A stretch of DNA of 64,000 bases from Camelus dromedarius. Its lineage: Eukaryota. Positions within the stretch are counted from its first letter, which is position 1; each line of letters begins with the position of its first letter. The position numbers were made by a program, and so were the translations under genes. The DNA lies in NCBI RefSeq assembly GCF_036321535.1, contig NC_087436.1, positions 59,770,001 to 59,834,000 of the forward strand, read 5' to 3'. The notes under the pieces are model-generated. The model was not told where the DNA came from. It saw only the letters and a list, made by a program, of their open reading frames with translations, and searched no databases. Positions 1-14,234 of the stretch are shown here, one piece after another.

Positions 1-269
1 TTCTCCAGCTTTTTAGCATCTGCCAGAATAAGGTGCTAATGGAATCAAGCTAGTAGGTTTGAGTCATTTGAATCCAAATTTACAAAGTATTTACTGACTA
101 ACTATTGTGTAAAATACACTGCTAGATGGTAATGCAAATTACAGAGAGGGCACAATAATGTGATATATGGGGGTGGAGTGTATAGAAAGACATGGGAAAA
201 ATAACGTGTTAATAGCTGTGTCAATGGTAGAAAAAGTTCTATAAGAAACTCAGAGATGTATTTGAAATA

Positions 270-680
270 TTCTGTTATTCATCTGTCAGTATCCACTCCC
301 CCTTCTTCCTAGTAAAACAGCCCTGATGTTATTTCAAATAGCAATGTATATATTAAAGGAGTATACTTTTCCAGTCTTCTTCGCTGTGAGGTCTGGCCAA
401 TGACACATAAGCGAAAGTGTTGCGTGGTGTTTCCAAAGCGGCTCCTCACATGAAGCAACTCACATGATGAGTATGTCTCTCTGCTCCTTCCCCAATTCCT
501 CCCTACTACTACCTGGAATTTTGCTTTAAAACAAGAATTCCACCAGACTGAAGTGGCCTTTATTATAGAAGCTGGAGACAGAACAGAACAATAACAGGAG
601 TCAGCGTCCCATCCAATTTCCAGGAGTAGCCCTGGAAATGTCTGGGCTGCTACGTCCAGAACTATTTTACGCAGAAGAAT
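270..680 (+). mobile_element. Old MaLR LTR fragment (MLT1H-K-like)
   Basis: Motifs cagtatccactcccccttcttcctagtaa..cag.cctgat and tctggccaatga. This accounts for the spurious ORF at 309-686. Confidence 0.55.
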
Positions 681-965
681 AAACATGATTGGTGTTAAAT
701 TACTGTTATTTTCTGCTTATGTTTTATTTTTGTAGCTGAACACAATTTCTAATTAAAACCAGGTACCAAGAATGTTACCAAGATTTTCACATCAGAAAAA
801 GATTAGATGCAGTTAATGGAAAGAAGGGATGTGTGAGAGAGTATTAAATGACTTTACAATAATGAGTTACTTCAAATCAAAAAAACTCAACTCTCTTTTT
901 TTAGAAAAGGTTTTACCTTCAGCTATACACAATTATTTGACTAATTCTAGGTCACCCGTATTAAT

Positions 966-1492
966 TGGATGAAAACCAACCAGGACCAGATTAAATTTAT
1001 GATCATTCAAAGGAGGTGCCAGCTAAAAATTGTCACTTTGCCTCTACAAGATTAAGTCACCAGCCCCTGCAGTTGCTGACCTCCTACATGCCCTGAAAGG
1101 AATTCAGGGTGGAGATCAGGAGTGAGGTACTCTGTGTTCTGGGAAAACTGGCAGAACAGGCCTTCACATAGATAGCTTCAGGAGAAGATTTTACGAGCCC
1201 AAATTCTTGCATCTTGTCATATCTAGAAAAGCACTAAAATTATTAACAAAGACATCTGCTTCTCATGACTAACATCAACTTTCTCATGACAAGCAGCAAC
1301 CTTCTGCGAAAATGTGTGCTTGACTGCACATACCCTCCTTGACCAAAACCACACATATACTGAGTCCCGCCCCCTGCACCTTTTCAGAGCAGTTTCTCAG
1401 AGCTATCTGGGAGGTTGTCTCCCGGGCTCATTTTTCTCAAAATAAAACATGACTCACAACTCTCATGTTGTGGGTTTTTTTTTCAGTCAATA
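966..1492 (+). mobile_element. ERV1-class solo LTR (related to 29770-30260)
   Basis: Shares blocks with the 29770 LTR: gagcccaaat, tagaaaagcactaaa, ttcagagcagt..ctcagag, AATAAA and a terminal ttcagtc.a.a. The 5' boundary is approximate. Confidence 0.8.
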
Positions 1493-1680
1493 GAGGTTTT
1501 GTTTAGATAATTCAGTATCAGAGCACATTGTCATGATTTTTATTAACATAAACAATGATAATAAATCCTTATCCCTGAATAACATATGTACATACACGTG
1601 TATATAATTAGGTACATGTGTGTGTCATAGACATAGAAATGTGTTAAAATAAAACATGCTATGAAATAACCATACCTTTC

Positions 1681-2880
1681 CTATTTAACAAATATTTATC
1701 AAATAGGCATTCTGTGCCAGTCATCGCTGCATGAGCTGGGGAAACGTTGGTGAATAAGTCCCTGCCTGTGCGGACCTTCTATTCCACTGAGCAAAACTAC
1801 TTTTAAATACAATACAATTTCATGCCAGATGACAAAGGTTTTGTACTTTGAAAAATAGTAAGTGCTATGAAGTAAAATAAATCGGAAAAAGAGCTGGAAT
1901 ATGACAGCTATTTTAGACAAAGCAGTCGGGGAAGGCTCTTCTGATGAGCCAACATAGGTATAGATTCCTAAATGCTGTGATGGAATGAGACATATGGTAA
2001 TCTTGAGAATGAAGAATGGAGACAAAAGAAAAGTTAGGACAACTGTCCTGAAGGAGAGAGCTTGCTGTTATTTAAGAAACAACATGAAGGTCAACATGGC
2101 CAAAGCTAGAAAAACATGCAAGAGAAATCAGAGATGAGGTGGGAAAAGCCACCATGGTTTGAAAGCAAGTAGTTTCATTTTAACCTTGTGTTTGATGGGA
2201 CGCCTTTGGAGTAGTTTAAGTAGGGAAATGACACAATACAACATATCTTTTATAAGGAAAATTCTAGCTCCTTGTGAAAAATAGATTATAGAGGGGACAA
2301 GAGTGGAAACAGGAAGGCCTGTAAGAAACCACTGCAATGGTCTGGATGAGAGATGAGATGATGATGATGGTGGTGGTGGCAGTGGTGGTGTAAGTAGAAG
2401 AAATGGACAGATTTGGAATATACTTATATATATTCAAGGCAGAGCTCTAGTTACTGATGGATGGAATGGATATAAGAAGGAAAAAGAAGAATCAAAAATA
2501 AAATTCTATTATTTTTCTTTTCTTTTTGGACTAAGCAATGGAGTCAACAAAATCATTTATTGCAATTGTAAGGGGGATTTGGAGACTCAAAGAGAAATAG
2601 ATTTAGGACCGTGATGAGGGTATTACATGATAAGAAACAAATTTTTTAAATGGTTTTGTAAATCTGGAGATTCCTAATAAATATCCCACTGGAGATATTG
2701 AGTAGGCATTTGTGTATCTGAGTCTGAAGCTCAGGGAAGTATGGGATGGAGTTGATAGTTGTGAGGCATCAGGTCATAGATAGTATGAGATCAATCATGG
2801 AGGGAATGTACGTGGAGAAGAGAAAACACTGTAAGGAGGAGGATGGGATCCAGGACGATTCAATATTTACAAATCTGTTA
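1681..2880 (-). mobile_element. LINE-2 3' region
   Basis: Begins with the reverse-complemented L2 end (tttaacaaatatttat...tgtgccag). Other motifs are gggaaggctcttctgatgag, gaaatggacagatttggaatata and gagtctgaagctcaggga. Confidence 0.85.
2357..2390. repeat. (GAT)n(GGT)n microsatellite inside an L2
   Basis: Read directly from the sequence. Confidence 0.85.
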
Positions 2881-5469
2881 ATATCACTTGAAATTAGACT
2901 ACAGAACTTTCACTCCCCACGATAAAACTGCCCCTAATGCTTAAAATGAATCACTAGAAATTAGAGTATCATATTTTTTTAATTGTAAATATTATCTATG
3001 ATGATTTAAACAGAGATTAACATATTACTTTAAGCCTCCATTTATCTAAACTCTTAGAAGCAATCTAGATAAGGTTAGGGAGGAAAGAGTCTCCTCTTCT
3101 GTGAATTCAGAAGATAGTATGCTTCTTAAATCCCAAAGTAAATTGTGTGATGAATTATTCCACAGAAACAGAGGAGTTAACTGCAGTTGAAAAAAGAACT
3201 ATACTATTAGATTTATTTTTAAGTACTTATCATTGTTTTGTTAATAACAATCATGATAATATGCTCTTCTGTGATACTGAATTATCTAGTGAAAACATCC
3301 TTTGAGTGGTCATAAAAGGTCCTCTGATCTAGTCCCTGTATTCATCCAATTAATACAGATGACACAGAATTAGACAGACAATTATGTATAGTTCAAGGTA
3401 CAATTTGTAGTATGGCATAGTAGTTTAAATAATGGGTTTTGAAATCATTCTGGCTCTACCATTTATTATAGAAATATTAGGAATATTAAAGACTGTAGTT
3501 TCAGCTTCTTCTTATGAAAAATGGGGTTAAAGACACCTGGTCTAATTTACAGAGTTTTTCCAGAGAAAAATCTATGTGGAACACCTAGAAGTCTGTCTAA
3601 CCCATCTGAGGTGCTCAAGAGATTAAAGCTTGTACTATAGTTATCCTTTTTTAGATAAGCCATAGATTTAAAGATGCTTTGTGGTTTAACAGGATCAACA
3701 TTCTAAACAGACAACTTCTGAGCAAACATTTGGAACATGGCCCATTTTAAAACACACTTAAATATACTAGAATTTTGACTTTGTTTATAACTTTTAATGT
3801 TATCTTAAAACTAATTTTATGTCTTATACTTTTTCACTGAAAAAATACTGGGTTAGCTGCCTCATATGTTAAAGTCTCAAATATACACACAGACATAAAA
3901 CAATGTTTTGTTCTGAAAGAGGAACACACCGCTAACATGAACTCTATGATAATAATAAACAAATAAACCTCAATTAACAAAACAGATTATGCAAAACGAA
4001 TGTTATGTAAAGATGCTAACACCTAGCAAACAATTGAAAATACAATCTCATAACCCAATAATCCAATAAGACAAATTCAAATACTTTAACAACTATTTAA
4101 TACCCTATTAACTACCATAAATCTTTGTACATATATTTCATTGGTTTTTAAATCACTCTTTATATTGATGTTTCTGTATTTTTTTCTCCCTCAAGGAGCT
4201 CTTGAGAAGAATGTAAACACCATATGTTACATAGTGTTAGGACAAAATTATAATTACTTACTCAAGTCAATAGATAATTTAAATCTGAATAAGTGTAAAG
4301 CTATTTTAGAGGCAGCTGCTAACAGTTAAACTGTTTTTACCACATAAAAATGTATTAAATTATGTAGCTAATAACCTAATTATACAACATGAATACACTG
4401 AAAACAGAACTTTGTGTACATTAATAAATCTCATTCTGTATTTGTGACTAACACTTTAAAACTAACTCATAAGATTGCAAAATGACATTAAACCATGTGG
4501 CTTATGGAATTTGTCTCCCTTTTTTATAGTGTACTTTATACTCATCTCTTAGAAATAATTTTGAACAACATACGAATCTTTCCATACATACATCTGAGTT
4601 TATGCACTAATTTTTGCAGAACTTCACTGAAGCTTTTATCAAATCATTGCATGCACCAAATTAAGCAGAATTAAAACATGTTAGTTCCAGCATATTTCCC
4701 ATAATATAGAAATGATTATTCATGAAGTTTGGATGCTTTCCTAATAGACAATGGCTTTATTAAGACATATTTCAAAGAGGAGACAATTCCAAATTCTTTA
4801 ATTGACTTTCTTCTTAAACCTTAATAAATATAGTCTGTGTGACAAGGAAAGAAGAAAAGCTAAAGCAAAGTTCGTAATGCCAACTGTTATATTTGGTCCT
4901 GTCAGACTAAGTAAATATTGCCTCCTATCCTTTACCAATATTCATACAAAATTGAATATTTATTGCTTGATACATTGTACAACCATAGTGTATTCAGCTT
5001 GGTTTTAACATTCTTCAAATTCTATAAAAAGTAAATATAAAAACTCCATATTATATAAGTATATATACTGTCTTTAAACAGAAGGTAGAAAAAAAGGTAT
5101 ATTTAAGATAAAAAGTCCATTGTAAAATCTAAGCACTTTGAGAGTAGCCAACAGCTGGAAAAGGAAACTGGAAAGCAGAGAAACACCAGAAATCTGAAAT
5201 GTGAGCCAGCAATGTGCCTCTCTATCCCCAAACAACCCTACTTTTACTGTGGGATCTTGGAAAAGCTATACACCTATGAAAGTGGGAAGAAAAATAGAGC
5301 TGACAACCAGAGGACTGGCTGAAAAAATTCCATGCAGCTGGGCAACTTCTCCCATCCTCAGCAGAAGCTAGAAGTTTATTCTCTTCAGAAAGAAAATTAG
5401 ATAAATTAAGAACCAGGCAAATGTGGGGGAGGGCTTACCTTACTGAAAACAGGTAGTTAAATTAAGATA

Positions 5470-6210
5470 AATAGACATTTTTTCCAAAGAAGATATACAG
5501 ATGGCCAACAGGTACATGAAAAGATGCTCAACATCACTAATCATCAGGGAAATGCAAATCAAAACAATAAGGGGATATCACTTCATACCTGTTAGAATGG
5601 CTAGCATCAAAAAGGCAAGAAATAAGTGTTGGCAGGGATATGGGGAAAAGGCAGACTTCATGTACTGTTGGTAGGAATGTAAATTGGTGCATCTACTATG
5701 GAAAACAGTATGGGGATTCCTCAAAAAATAAAAAAATAGAACTACCATATAATTTATCAGTTTCACTTCTGGATATTTATCAAAAAAAGAGCATAACAAG
5801 AAAACACTAATCCAAAAAGATATATGCACCTTCATATTCAATGCAGCACTATTTACAATAGCCAATATATGGAAACAACCTAGGTGTTCAGTGATGGATA
5901 TGGACAAAAAATGTGTTTTTTATATATATTTATATATATATACACACACACATACACACACACACACAATGGAATATTATTCATCTATAAAAAGAATAAA
6001 ACTTTGCCATTTGTAACATGACATTATGCTAAGTGAAATAAGTCAGACAAAGAAAGACAAAGACCATATGATCCGTCTTGCATCTTAAAGCTAATTTAAA
6101 AAAAAAAAAAAAAACCTTATTGATACAGAGAACAGGTTAGTGGTTGCCAGAAGTGAGGGGGTGGGAGAAATGGTGAAGGGGGTCACGAGGTAAAAACAAT
6201 AAAATGATAG
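5470..6210 (+). mobile_element. Degraded LINE-1 ORF2 3' end and start of the 3' UTR
   Basis: Clearly similar to the 30452 L1 (agatgctcaacatcactaatcatcagggaaatgcaaatcaaaac; gcagcactatttacaatagccaa; ctaagtgaaataagtcaga). It has frameshifts and an internal TA/CA microsatellite at about 5920-5968. Confidence 0.92.
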
Positions 6211-6924
6211 AATTTTAAAACACAAAATAATGTATTCAACTGCAAAATGAGGAAAAGAAAGTTTAGGATGACAAGATAAATGTCTTCATCACCTTGTCTT
6301 ACCCTTCTCAGACAACCTCATTTTCTCTAAACACAAGTACCTGAAACTAACCACCCACCACCAATTCCCAACTTCTCATTCTTCCAAAACAAAAAAATAA
6401 ACAAAACCCCTACATATTAAATTCTGAAAACCCCATATCCCCTTCCCTTTTCCCTTTCTTGCTCTCACCCTGGCAGCATAGCTTATCCCTTCCACTCAGG
6501 ATTCTCTAACGGTATTTTGTCCTTATCTAACTGATCATCATTTGCTGACCTTCCACAAGATTTTGTAAATTGTCAAATATCCCATAATAAAATCCCTTCT
6601 ATGAAAACTAACCAATGTTCCAAGTGGCTTTTATTCCAGGATTACAAGACGACTCAAAATTATCGGGTCTGTTAACAACAGAAATACATAACCTTAGGAT
6701 TATGAGCTCAATAAATGTCAAATCTAGGGAATGGAGGGGATTTTTTAAAATATCTTTTCTCTTCTGTTTCCTTTTCATTTTCTGTTTCTCTCTTTACTTC
6801 TCTCATCTTTTCTTCTCTCTTCTTCTATCTCTACCTCTATTTGTATTTTTTTAATCCCTCTTCAGTCATCTAAAATCAAGGAACAGTCAGAATCATGCTT
6901 AAAACAAATACACTGTAGACTTTC

Positions 6925-7085
6925 TGTAGTTAAAGCCACAGTCTTTAGAATTAAAAAAAAAAACCTGAGTTGGAATTCCAGCTGAGACATTCTCCAGCAC
7001 TGTGACCTCTAGTCAGGTTATTAACTGCTCCAAGCCTCAATGTCCTTATCTGTAAATGAGACAATAATCTTGCGTATTGAAGATA
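6925..7085 (+). mobile_element. MIR SINE
   Basis: MIR core acctgagttggaattccagct...tgtgacct...aagcctcaatgtccttatctgtaaatgag. Confidence 0.7.
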
Positions 7086-7579
7086 AATACTTTAAAGAAG
7101 TAGACAGCTTTCAGGACTTTTAATTTGGAGAAACTGGACATATATATAGCATTTGGCTGTAGAAAATCTCAGGAAAGGTAATATTTGTAAATCCAAATAG
7201 CAGTTGGCAGGAATGCAGTCCTCTCATAGACAGTGGTTATCAGATAAATACCAGCTGAAGCAGAGGCCAGATTTTCAGAACACAAGATGAGATCCTGACA
7301 AACAACAAGGGCAATTCAGTACTGAATTCCCTAGCAGCAACTTTGTCTCATACAGATAATTTGTGTCCAGTATTGGTACCAGCTAAGTTTAGCTTTGTCG
7401 GGGAAAGAAAAAAGGACAAGCAACAAAAAATTTGGTAGGCTGATACTACTTGCATAGCTTGATAGGTTTTGTTATATATATTAGCTTATCAATGGCTAAT
7501 TTAATAAAATGACTATTTTGATTTTAATAGGATAAAACACTGGAAAAGAAATTAGGTCTTAAGTGAGGTTTTTTTCACC

Positions 7580-7900
7580 ATTCATTTGTTCAGCAATTCA
7601 CTCATTCATCTATTATTAGTATATTATGTATTAATTCTACACTAGGCACTGAAATAGGGAATATAAACAATATAAAATAAATCATTATTTATTAATATCT
7701 ATATTTGCTGGGGAAGACTGTAAATAAACATATTTATATTAGAATTGTATAGTTCCATATTAGATATTGGATTAAAGTACTGATTGGACTTTGGGGAAGA
7801 ATTTTCACAGGCGGGTGGCATTTAGTTGGGCATTAAGTGAGGATTAGAAGTTTGCCAGACAAAGAACTAAAGGTAAAGGAAATAGCTTGTGTAATTCAGT
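7580..7900 (-). mobile_element. LINE-2 3'-end fragment
   Basis: Motifs cattcatttgttcagcaa...ctaggcactgaaata and aggattagaagtttgccagacaaa. Confidence 0.55.
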
Positions 7901-8066
7901 ACAATGGATACCTCTCACTCTGTATTAATACACTAACCAATTAACAGTTGAGAGAAAAAGAAGAATGTGCATTCTAATTATTTAAATAATCAACTCAAAG
8001 CTTAGGAACAAAAAGATTCCTGTGTCAGGAATAAGACCCAGATCTTACCCATGTGTTATTACAAAC

Positions 8067-8544
8067 TGTGTTAGGGAGAATAATGCCATTTCCTCCTCTA
8101 ATGATGTTTAGGCAAAGGGGAATTAAGGCTACAGATGAAATAAACGTAGCTAATCACCTGACTTCAAAACAGGGAGATTTTCCTGGGTTCTGTGGGGACC
8201 CACTGAAATCATAAGTGTCCTTATATGTCAAAGGGAGAGGTAGAAGGGTCAGAATCAAAGTGGTGCAGCATGAGAAAGACTTGATGGGCCTCTGCTGGTT
8301 TTGAAGATGGAAAGAAGCAAAGAGCCAAGGCATGCAAGCAAACTCTTGGTGCTCAAAATCCTAAGTAAATGGATTATCCTTTAGAGCCTCCAGAAAGAAC
8401 TCAGTTCTACCAACACTTTGATTCCAGTTTAGAGAGACCTAATTCTGACTTCTGACTTCCAAAACTATAGGATACTAAATATGAATTGTTTTAAGCTATG
8501 AAGTTGGTGGTAATTAGTTATAGCAGCAAAATAAACTTAACACA
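8067..8544 (+). mobile_element. MaLR LTR (MLT1D/E-like)
   Basis: Motifs ggcaaaggggaattaagg, gctggttttgaagatggaa, tagagcctccagaaagaa and gttttaagcta.gaagtt.gtggtaatt.gttatagcagcaa. The 5-bp TSD is imperfect (caaac/ctaac). Confidence 0.85.
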
Positions 8545-8901
8545 CTAACTACAACCTTTTAAGATACAACAATTAGATAAATAGAAATATATAGACATTT
8601 TAGTATATATTTATGATAGCCTAGATCACCTGTAAACTCTATATTTTAATATAAATATAGGCAATTTTTCATCCAATGTGATGAGCAGATCTGCACCTGC
8701 ATGTACAGATGCAGGTAATTAATAATAATGTGGCTAATATGAAAACTCTTCATATTTCGTATAATTTATATTTGATTAGTTCCCTTTGATATTCTAGGAA
8801 CTGACAAATTTCAAATAAAGGTCAGAACCCATTCTGTGGAAATCAAGTTCAAGAAGAATTATAAAATTTTCTTCATTTTGCATCTTAAAATTTGCTCAAC
8901 T

Positions 8902-9272
8902 TGCTACATATGAATATTTGTGTCCCCTCAAACTTTATATGTTGAAATCTTAACATGCCAAAGTGAGAGTATTAGGACATGTGGCCTTTGAAAGGGGATT
9001 AAGTCATGAGGCCAGAGCCCTGAGGAATGGGATGAAGGCCTTTACAAAAAAGGCCCCAGAGGGCTCCCTTGCTCTTCTCACCATGTGAGGCTACAAGGAA
9101 AAGACAAAAAGACACTATCCAGGAAGTGGGCCCTCATCCGACACTGAATATGCCAATGCTTTGATCTTGGACTTCCCAGTCTCCAGAACTGTGAGTAATA
9201 AATACATTTCTGTTGTTTACATACTTCCTAGTTTATGGTACTTTGTTAGAGCATCCTGAATAGACTAAGACG
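8902..9272 (+). mobile_element. MaLR LTR (MLT1A-like) with a perfect 5-bp TSD
   Basis: Runs tgctac...gactaagacg and contains ttgatcttggacttcccagtctccagaactgtgag. CAACT occurs at 8897-8901 and 9273-9277. Confidence 0.9.
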
Positions 9273-12200
9273 CAACTATTGCTTCCTGGACCTCACTGCC
9301 TAAAGAAGGTAGTCTAAGTTCTTGATAAAGCATGTAATGTGCTTCACACCAAACAACCTTTTCCTTACCGCATGGGCCACACAACTGAATGTTTCTAATT
9401 TCTAGACCTTTGTGGTCTAACTTAAGACCTTGGCTCATGACACTTCCCTTTCCTCAATCCCGTCTTTGCACTTTCGAAATACTTTGAAATACTTTGCACT
9501 TTTCCAGGTCATGTTCAAATACAACCAGCATTATAATATTCTGTCACTTTCTACAGTCAGAATAAACTATTTCTGCCCCAATACTTTTACATAAGGTCTT
9601 ACACATAGTGGGACCTCAATAAATGTTTGTTAATTGTTCTGAATGACTCACCACATTTCAGGAAAATAACAGAAATAGTGAGAAATGACAGTAGTGAACT
9701 ATTATCAATAAGTGACTAAGGCCCAAAGGAAGAGCAAGAAAGAGAAGGAGAAAAACAGCTAATGTTCACAAGAGGATAGACTACAGTCGGCTTTACTCCT
9801 GTGGGCATTATTACCAGAAATTACGACCAATCTCTCTTTAAGGTGGCGTAGCAACTGACATGGCTCCATTTTTCTACTTGGCTTTGTTGCCAAAGTTTCT
9901 ATTGGCTGGCAAAGACCCTTAAGGGAGAAAAATGAGCTTAATTCCTTTACCCTTAATTATGCTTTAACAATTCTGCTCAGTTTTTTAAAAACTGTCAGCT
10001 CAAATATTGCTGCCAAAAACTTTCTTGTTAAGCAGAGCCTAACTACTTTAAGTGGATCTTCAGTTTTAATAAAAAATATACCTAATAAAATTTTAATATA
10101 ACAGGTTTAAGCCAACATTATCAGTGTTTGTCACATCTCCTGAGATAAGGGTTTCTTGTCAGATTTACTAGAGTCAAAGAGATTACCTGAGAAAAAGGGC
10201 ATGTCCCAGTACAGATGTAAGCTAACTGCTGAAGTATAATACAAGAACTTAGAAGAAAACAGAATTTCCTTAGCTGAGACTCTGACATCAGTGGTCACAT
10301 AGAATATTCAAATTACATCTATCTTTATAATCATTGCTATTAGGCTGTTGATTAGAGTCTAATGTCCATCTGGCAATTGCTCCCTTTCCAATTTCTTGTG
10401 TTATGGCTCAGCCACTATCAAAGAGGATAAAAGTACCTGCAAAAACACATGGTACCTTTCCTGATCTCTTTTGGAATGTATTGTAAAGTGATGTTCATAT
10501 ATTCCCATGTGCAATTAAGAATATTTTTACTATAGGAAAGGGTAAATAGCATTTTCTGATTTTTCATAATTACTAGGCAACTTTTAATTTGTGTCATCAA
10601 TATGCCAATTTTGCCCAGAAGAATCACTAAAGATAAAAGAATCTCTGACAAATTATTTATGTGTGGCATGAAAACTACACTGAAGGAATGCTAAATTTGT
10701 GCAACAAAAACTTCAGAACAGAATGTTTGCTTATTTTCCTCATTGCATTGCATCTGTCAGCACAGACATTTAATATCTCCATAGAGTATAATTAAAACAA
10801 TGGATGCCCAGTGTCTTTATAAAACATTTAGAGCTGATATTCTTTAACCTTATATAGTTACCAAAGAAAATAATATTATTTATAAATTATTTGATGTATG
10901 GTAGAATTACTTTACTTAATTCCATGCACCTTTTATTTTACAGCTGATATGATTCAGCTTCCAAAATTCACTTGTTGTGTAAGTAGAGGATTCCAAGATA
11001 GAACAGATGGAAGTCATTGCCAGATAAACTAGATTCATCCTGAGTTCACTTTTGATAGCCTCTCATATTCATGGTCCATCTCAAATGGACATGTTAATGA
11101 TGAATCACAGTCTCTGAATTTACTTTGATTAGTAATTTCTTATTTAAAGAAAAATGTTTTACATTATACTTTACATTTATAGGTAAATTCTGAAGAAAGG
11201 CAAGAAATGATATTTAAAATCAACAAAGAATGAATGTATATGATCCAGAGTTTATATGAAATGTTATCATTAAGATAAGAAACACTGCATGTGCTATACA
11301 TGAAATTGGTTGCCCAAGTTATTATTAATAATGACATTATCTTAAATATAGTGTTAATCCCAAGCCAGTTCCATTATCTGATGTCTGCATTAGATGGTAA
11401 AAGAGATCTTGTTAATATTGGTCAGCAGAGCACTTACTGCCTTCTCTGCTATTATCTCACATTGTTTTCTAGACACTTGGGAGCAACAAATACTGGGGAA
11501 CAGAGCACACTGCTGACTTCAACTGTTTCCAAATAAAATTATTTTGACATCTTGTTGGAAGACAGAACAAATATTTCAGTGATGGCAGTCCACTCTGAAG
11601 TAGGTCCCCCAAACCAAGGCTGAGGTCACAAGGACTCACTCTCTTACAGTTAATTTTCTTTCAAGAAACACATGAAGTTGTTTATATTTCCCAAAATTTC
11701 AAGGCTTTTATTGGCTTTGGGATTTTGCCAGAAATAATTCAATAGCCTATCTTTTACATACAAATGAATTCAGACATGTCTTTCCATGTTTTGTACCTGA
11801 ATTCTCTCCCCTCGTGTTCTGTACACCAAGCTTTTCCTATGAAATCTTCACTTTTGCCAGTTAAGGAATACAATTCAAACCTATGTATCCTGTACTTTTC
11901 TGTGGGTTCTGTTTAACTCATTGATATAAAAAGTGGATCCTTGAATTCAATTTTCCAAGTTCATCTCTAACAGATGCTGAGTAAATTTTTTTCACTAAAT
12001 ATATCAAAGGGACTCAGGTTAAAGTAAGCAGAGTATGGCTCAATGCTCTTGAAAGCATGCTAAAATAAACCTTCTTACAAAGAAAGTTTTACATCATTAC
12101 TACTTGGAGAACTCAAAAAGTTAGGAGAAATCTAAGGCACCAACCTATGCAACAATGAAGAAACTCACTGAAATTCAAACTTAAGGAAGAAAATGAATAT

Positions 12201-13148
12201 GTGAGCTGAGGATGGGGTGGGAGGAGGTAGGTCATTATTTTTAGAATGTATTAATGTTGATAAGTTCCATATCTTGTACATGCCTCCTTGAAATCATCTG
12301 GACAGTGTGTGAGAAGGATTTGGATAGAAATATGAAGCTAGCAGGCAACATGAAAGTATTTATTTATTTTTTTCCATTAAATTGTTCTTCCCTGAGGTCT
12401 ATTATGACTAAAAGATAAAAGATATTGCATATCTTTTAACATAAATTAAGCAAAATTTGTTTTGTGTTTAATTTATGTAAAAATAACTTTGTTTTATTAG
12501 GATATATAATTATTATTTTTCTCTCAGATGAGTATTTATCATATATTAGTCATGTTGTCTACAAAAGTCAAATAATAGGTATAATGTTTATTCAAAATTT
12601 ACCTTGACAGAATCAGAAGGAAAAAAATTATCATAAAATAACACTATATAAGCATAATATGATAAGTATTGTTTGTTAGTTGTTATTTCAATTTCAATTT
12701 TACTCAGCGCTTATAATTGAGAATTTAGTAAAGTACTTTTAAAAACCATAATTCTTTGATACTCTCAATCACAAGATTTTAAGAATTGTAAGTTAATTCA
12801 AATACAGGTGACATTTAAATAAAGTTTCCAAATTTAATGGAAATTAAAATAGCATTGGAAAACAGATTCAAATGAGCACACTGATGAATATATACAAACA
12901 TTTAAGAAAACCTCTTATCCTTCTACATTCCCTCAAATCCAAACTCCTCACACATGACTGAGAATTTAATAAAATAATATCTGAAAACTGGATTAATAAA
13001 ATATCACATATTTATATGGTAGATTAAAAATTGCCCCAAATCTTTGGCATTCCCCATGGCGAGGTACAATTTATTTTTCCTTCCCTTGAATTAAGGTTGG
13101 CCTTGTGTGGAGGAAAGAGTTAACATAGCAGTCTTGAGTCTGTCTATC

Positions 13149-13350
13149 TGTTATGGGTTGAATTTTGTCCCCTCAAAATTCACATGTTGGAGTTTCAACT
13201 CCCAGTATCTTAGAATGTAGCCATATTTAGAGACAAGGTCTTCAAAGAAATGTTAAAATGATGCTCCCAGGGGTGGGGAGACTAATCCAACATGACTGGT
13301 GTCATTGTAAGAAGATGAGACACCAGGGATGTGCACGTATGGAGAAAACT
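13149..13350 (+). mobile_element. 5' part of a MaLR LTR (MLT1B/C-like), 3'-truncated
   Basis: Reads tgttatgggttgaattttgtcccctcaaaattcacatgttgga...ctaatccaacatgactggtgtc.ttgtaagaaga. Confidence 0.8.
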
Positions 13351-13459
13351 CCATTAATCTCTACATCATTATATCTACTTATTTGCAACATCAGAAAGAC
13401 AGCAAAAAGAGGTAAGAATTGGAAAATGTAGAGAGTTTAAGAATCAGGGATAATCTTTG

Positions 13460-14234
13460 ACATTGCTCTCTTTTGATATTCCACATACAATCTATTAACA
13501 AATCCTGCTGACTCACAGTCAAAACACGCCTAAAATCCAACCAGTGCTTACCCTCTCTTCCTTTATCACTCTACCTCTCACCTTTAGGAGCTTTGCCTTC
13601 CTTCTTCTATCATGGCCTCTTGCTGCCTATATCTGCACAGAAGTCACAATAATGGCTTTAAAATAAAGTTTGATTATGTCATTTTTTTTCCCAGAACACT
13701 CCAATAGGTTCCTATCTCATGCAAAGTAAGATTCCAAGGGCCTAGGTCTTTCATGGTCTGGTTTCTCTCTGACCTGATCTTGCATTACTTGTCTACTCAT
13801 TCACTCTGCTCCAGCCACAATGGCACTCGTGCCCATCCTAAAAACCGCAAGTGTTCTGCCTCATATCTTTTGCACTTGTTGTCTTCAACCCTCTTCCCAT
13901 AGATAGATGAGCTGCTTACTTCTTTTTTTCATTTTAGTCTCTGCTAAAATATCCCCTAATCAGAGTAACCTTCTCTGACCACCCTTTTTGAAACAGCAAC
14001 ACACTTCAAAGTCACTTTCTATCCTGCTTTATTTTTCAGTATAGCATTTATCACCCCTCCCTGACATGTTATATATTTATTTGTTTATTGTCTACCTCTC
14101 CTCACTAAAATCCAAACACCATAAAAGCAGGAATTCAGTCTGTGTTGTTTATATTGAAGCACCAGTGTCCAGAAAGTTATCAAGCACATGGTAGGTCTTT
14201 TATAAATTGATTCATCAACAGATGAATGAATGAA
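13460..14234 (+). mobile_element. LINE-2 3' region
   Basis: Motifs cactctgctccagccac, tttgcacttgttgt and tatttatttgtttattgtct, ending gaatgaatgaa. Confidence 0.85.

Noticed and set aside
6750..6860. Long polypyrimidine tract (also about 40530-40590)
   Set aside because: It is low complexity and on the non-coding strand, with no associated exon.
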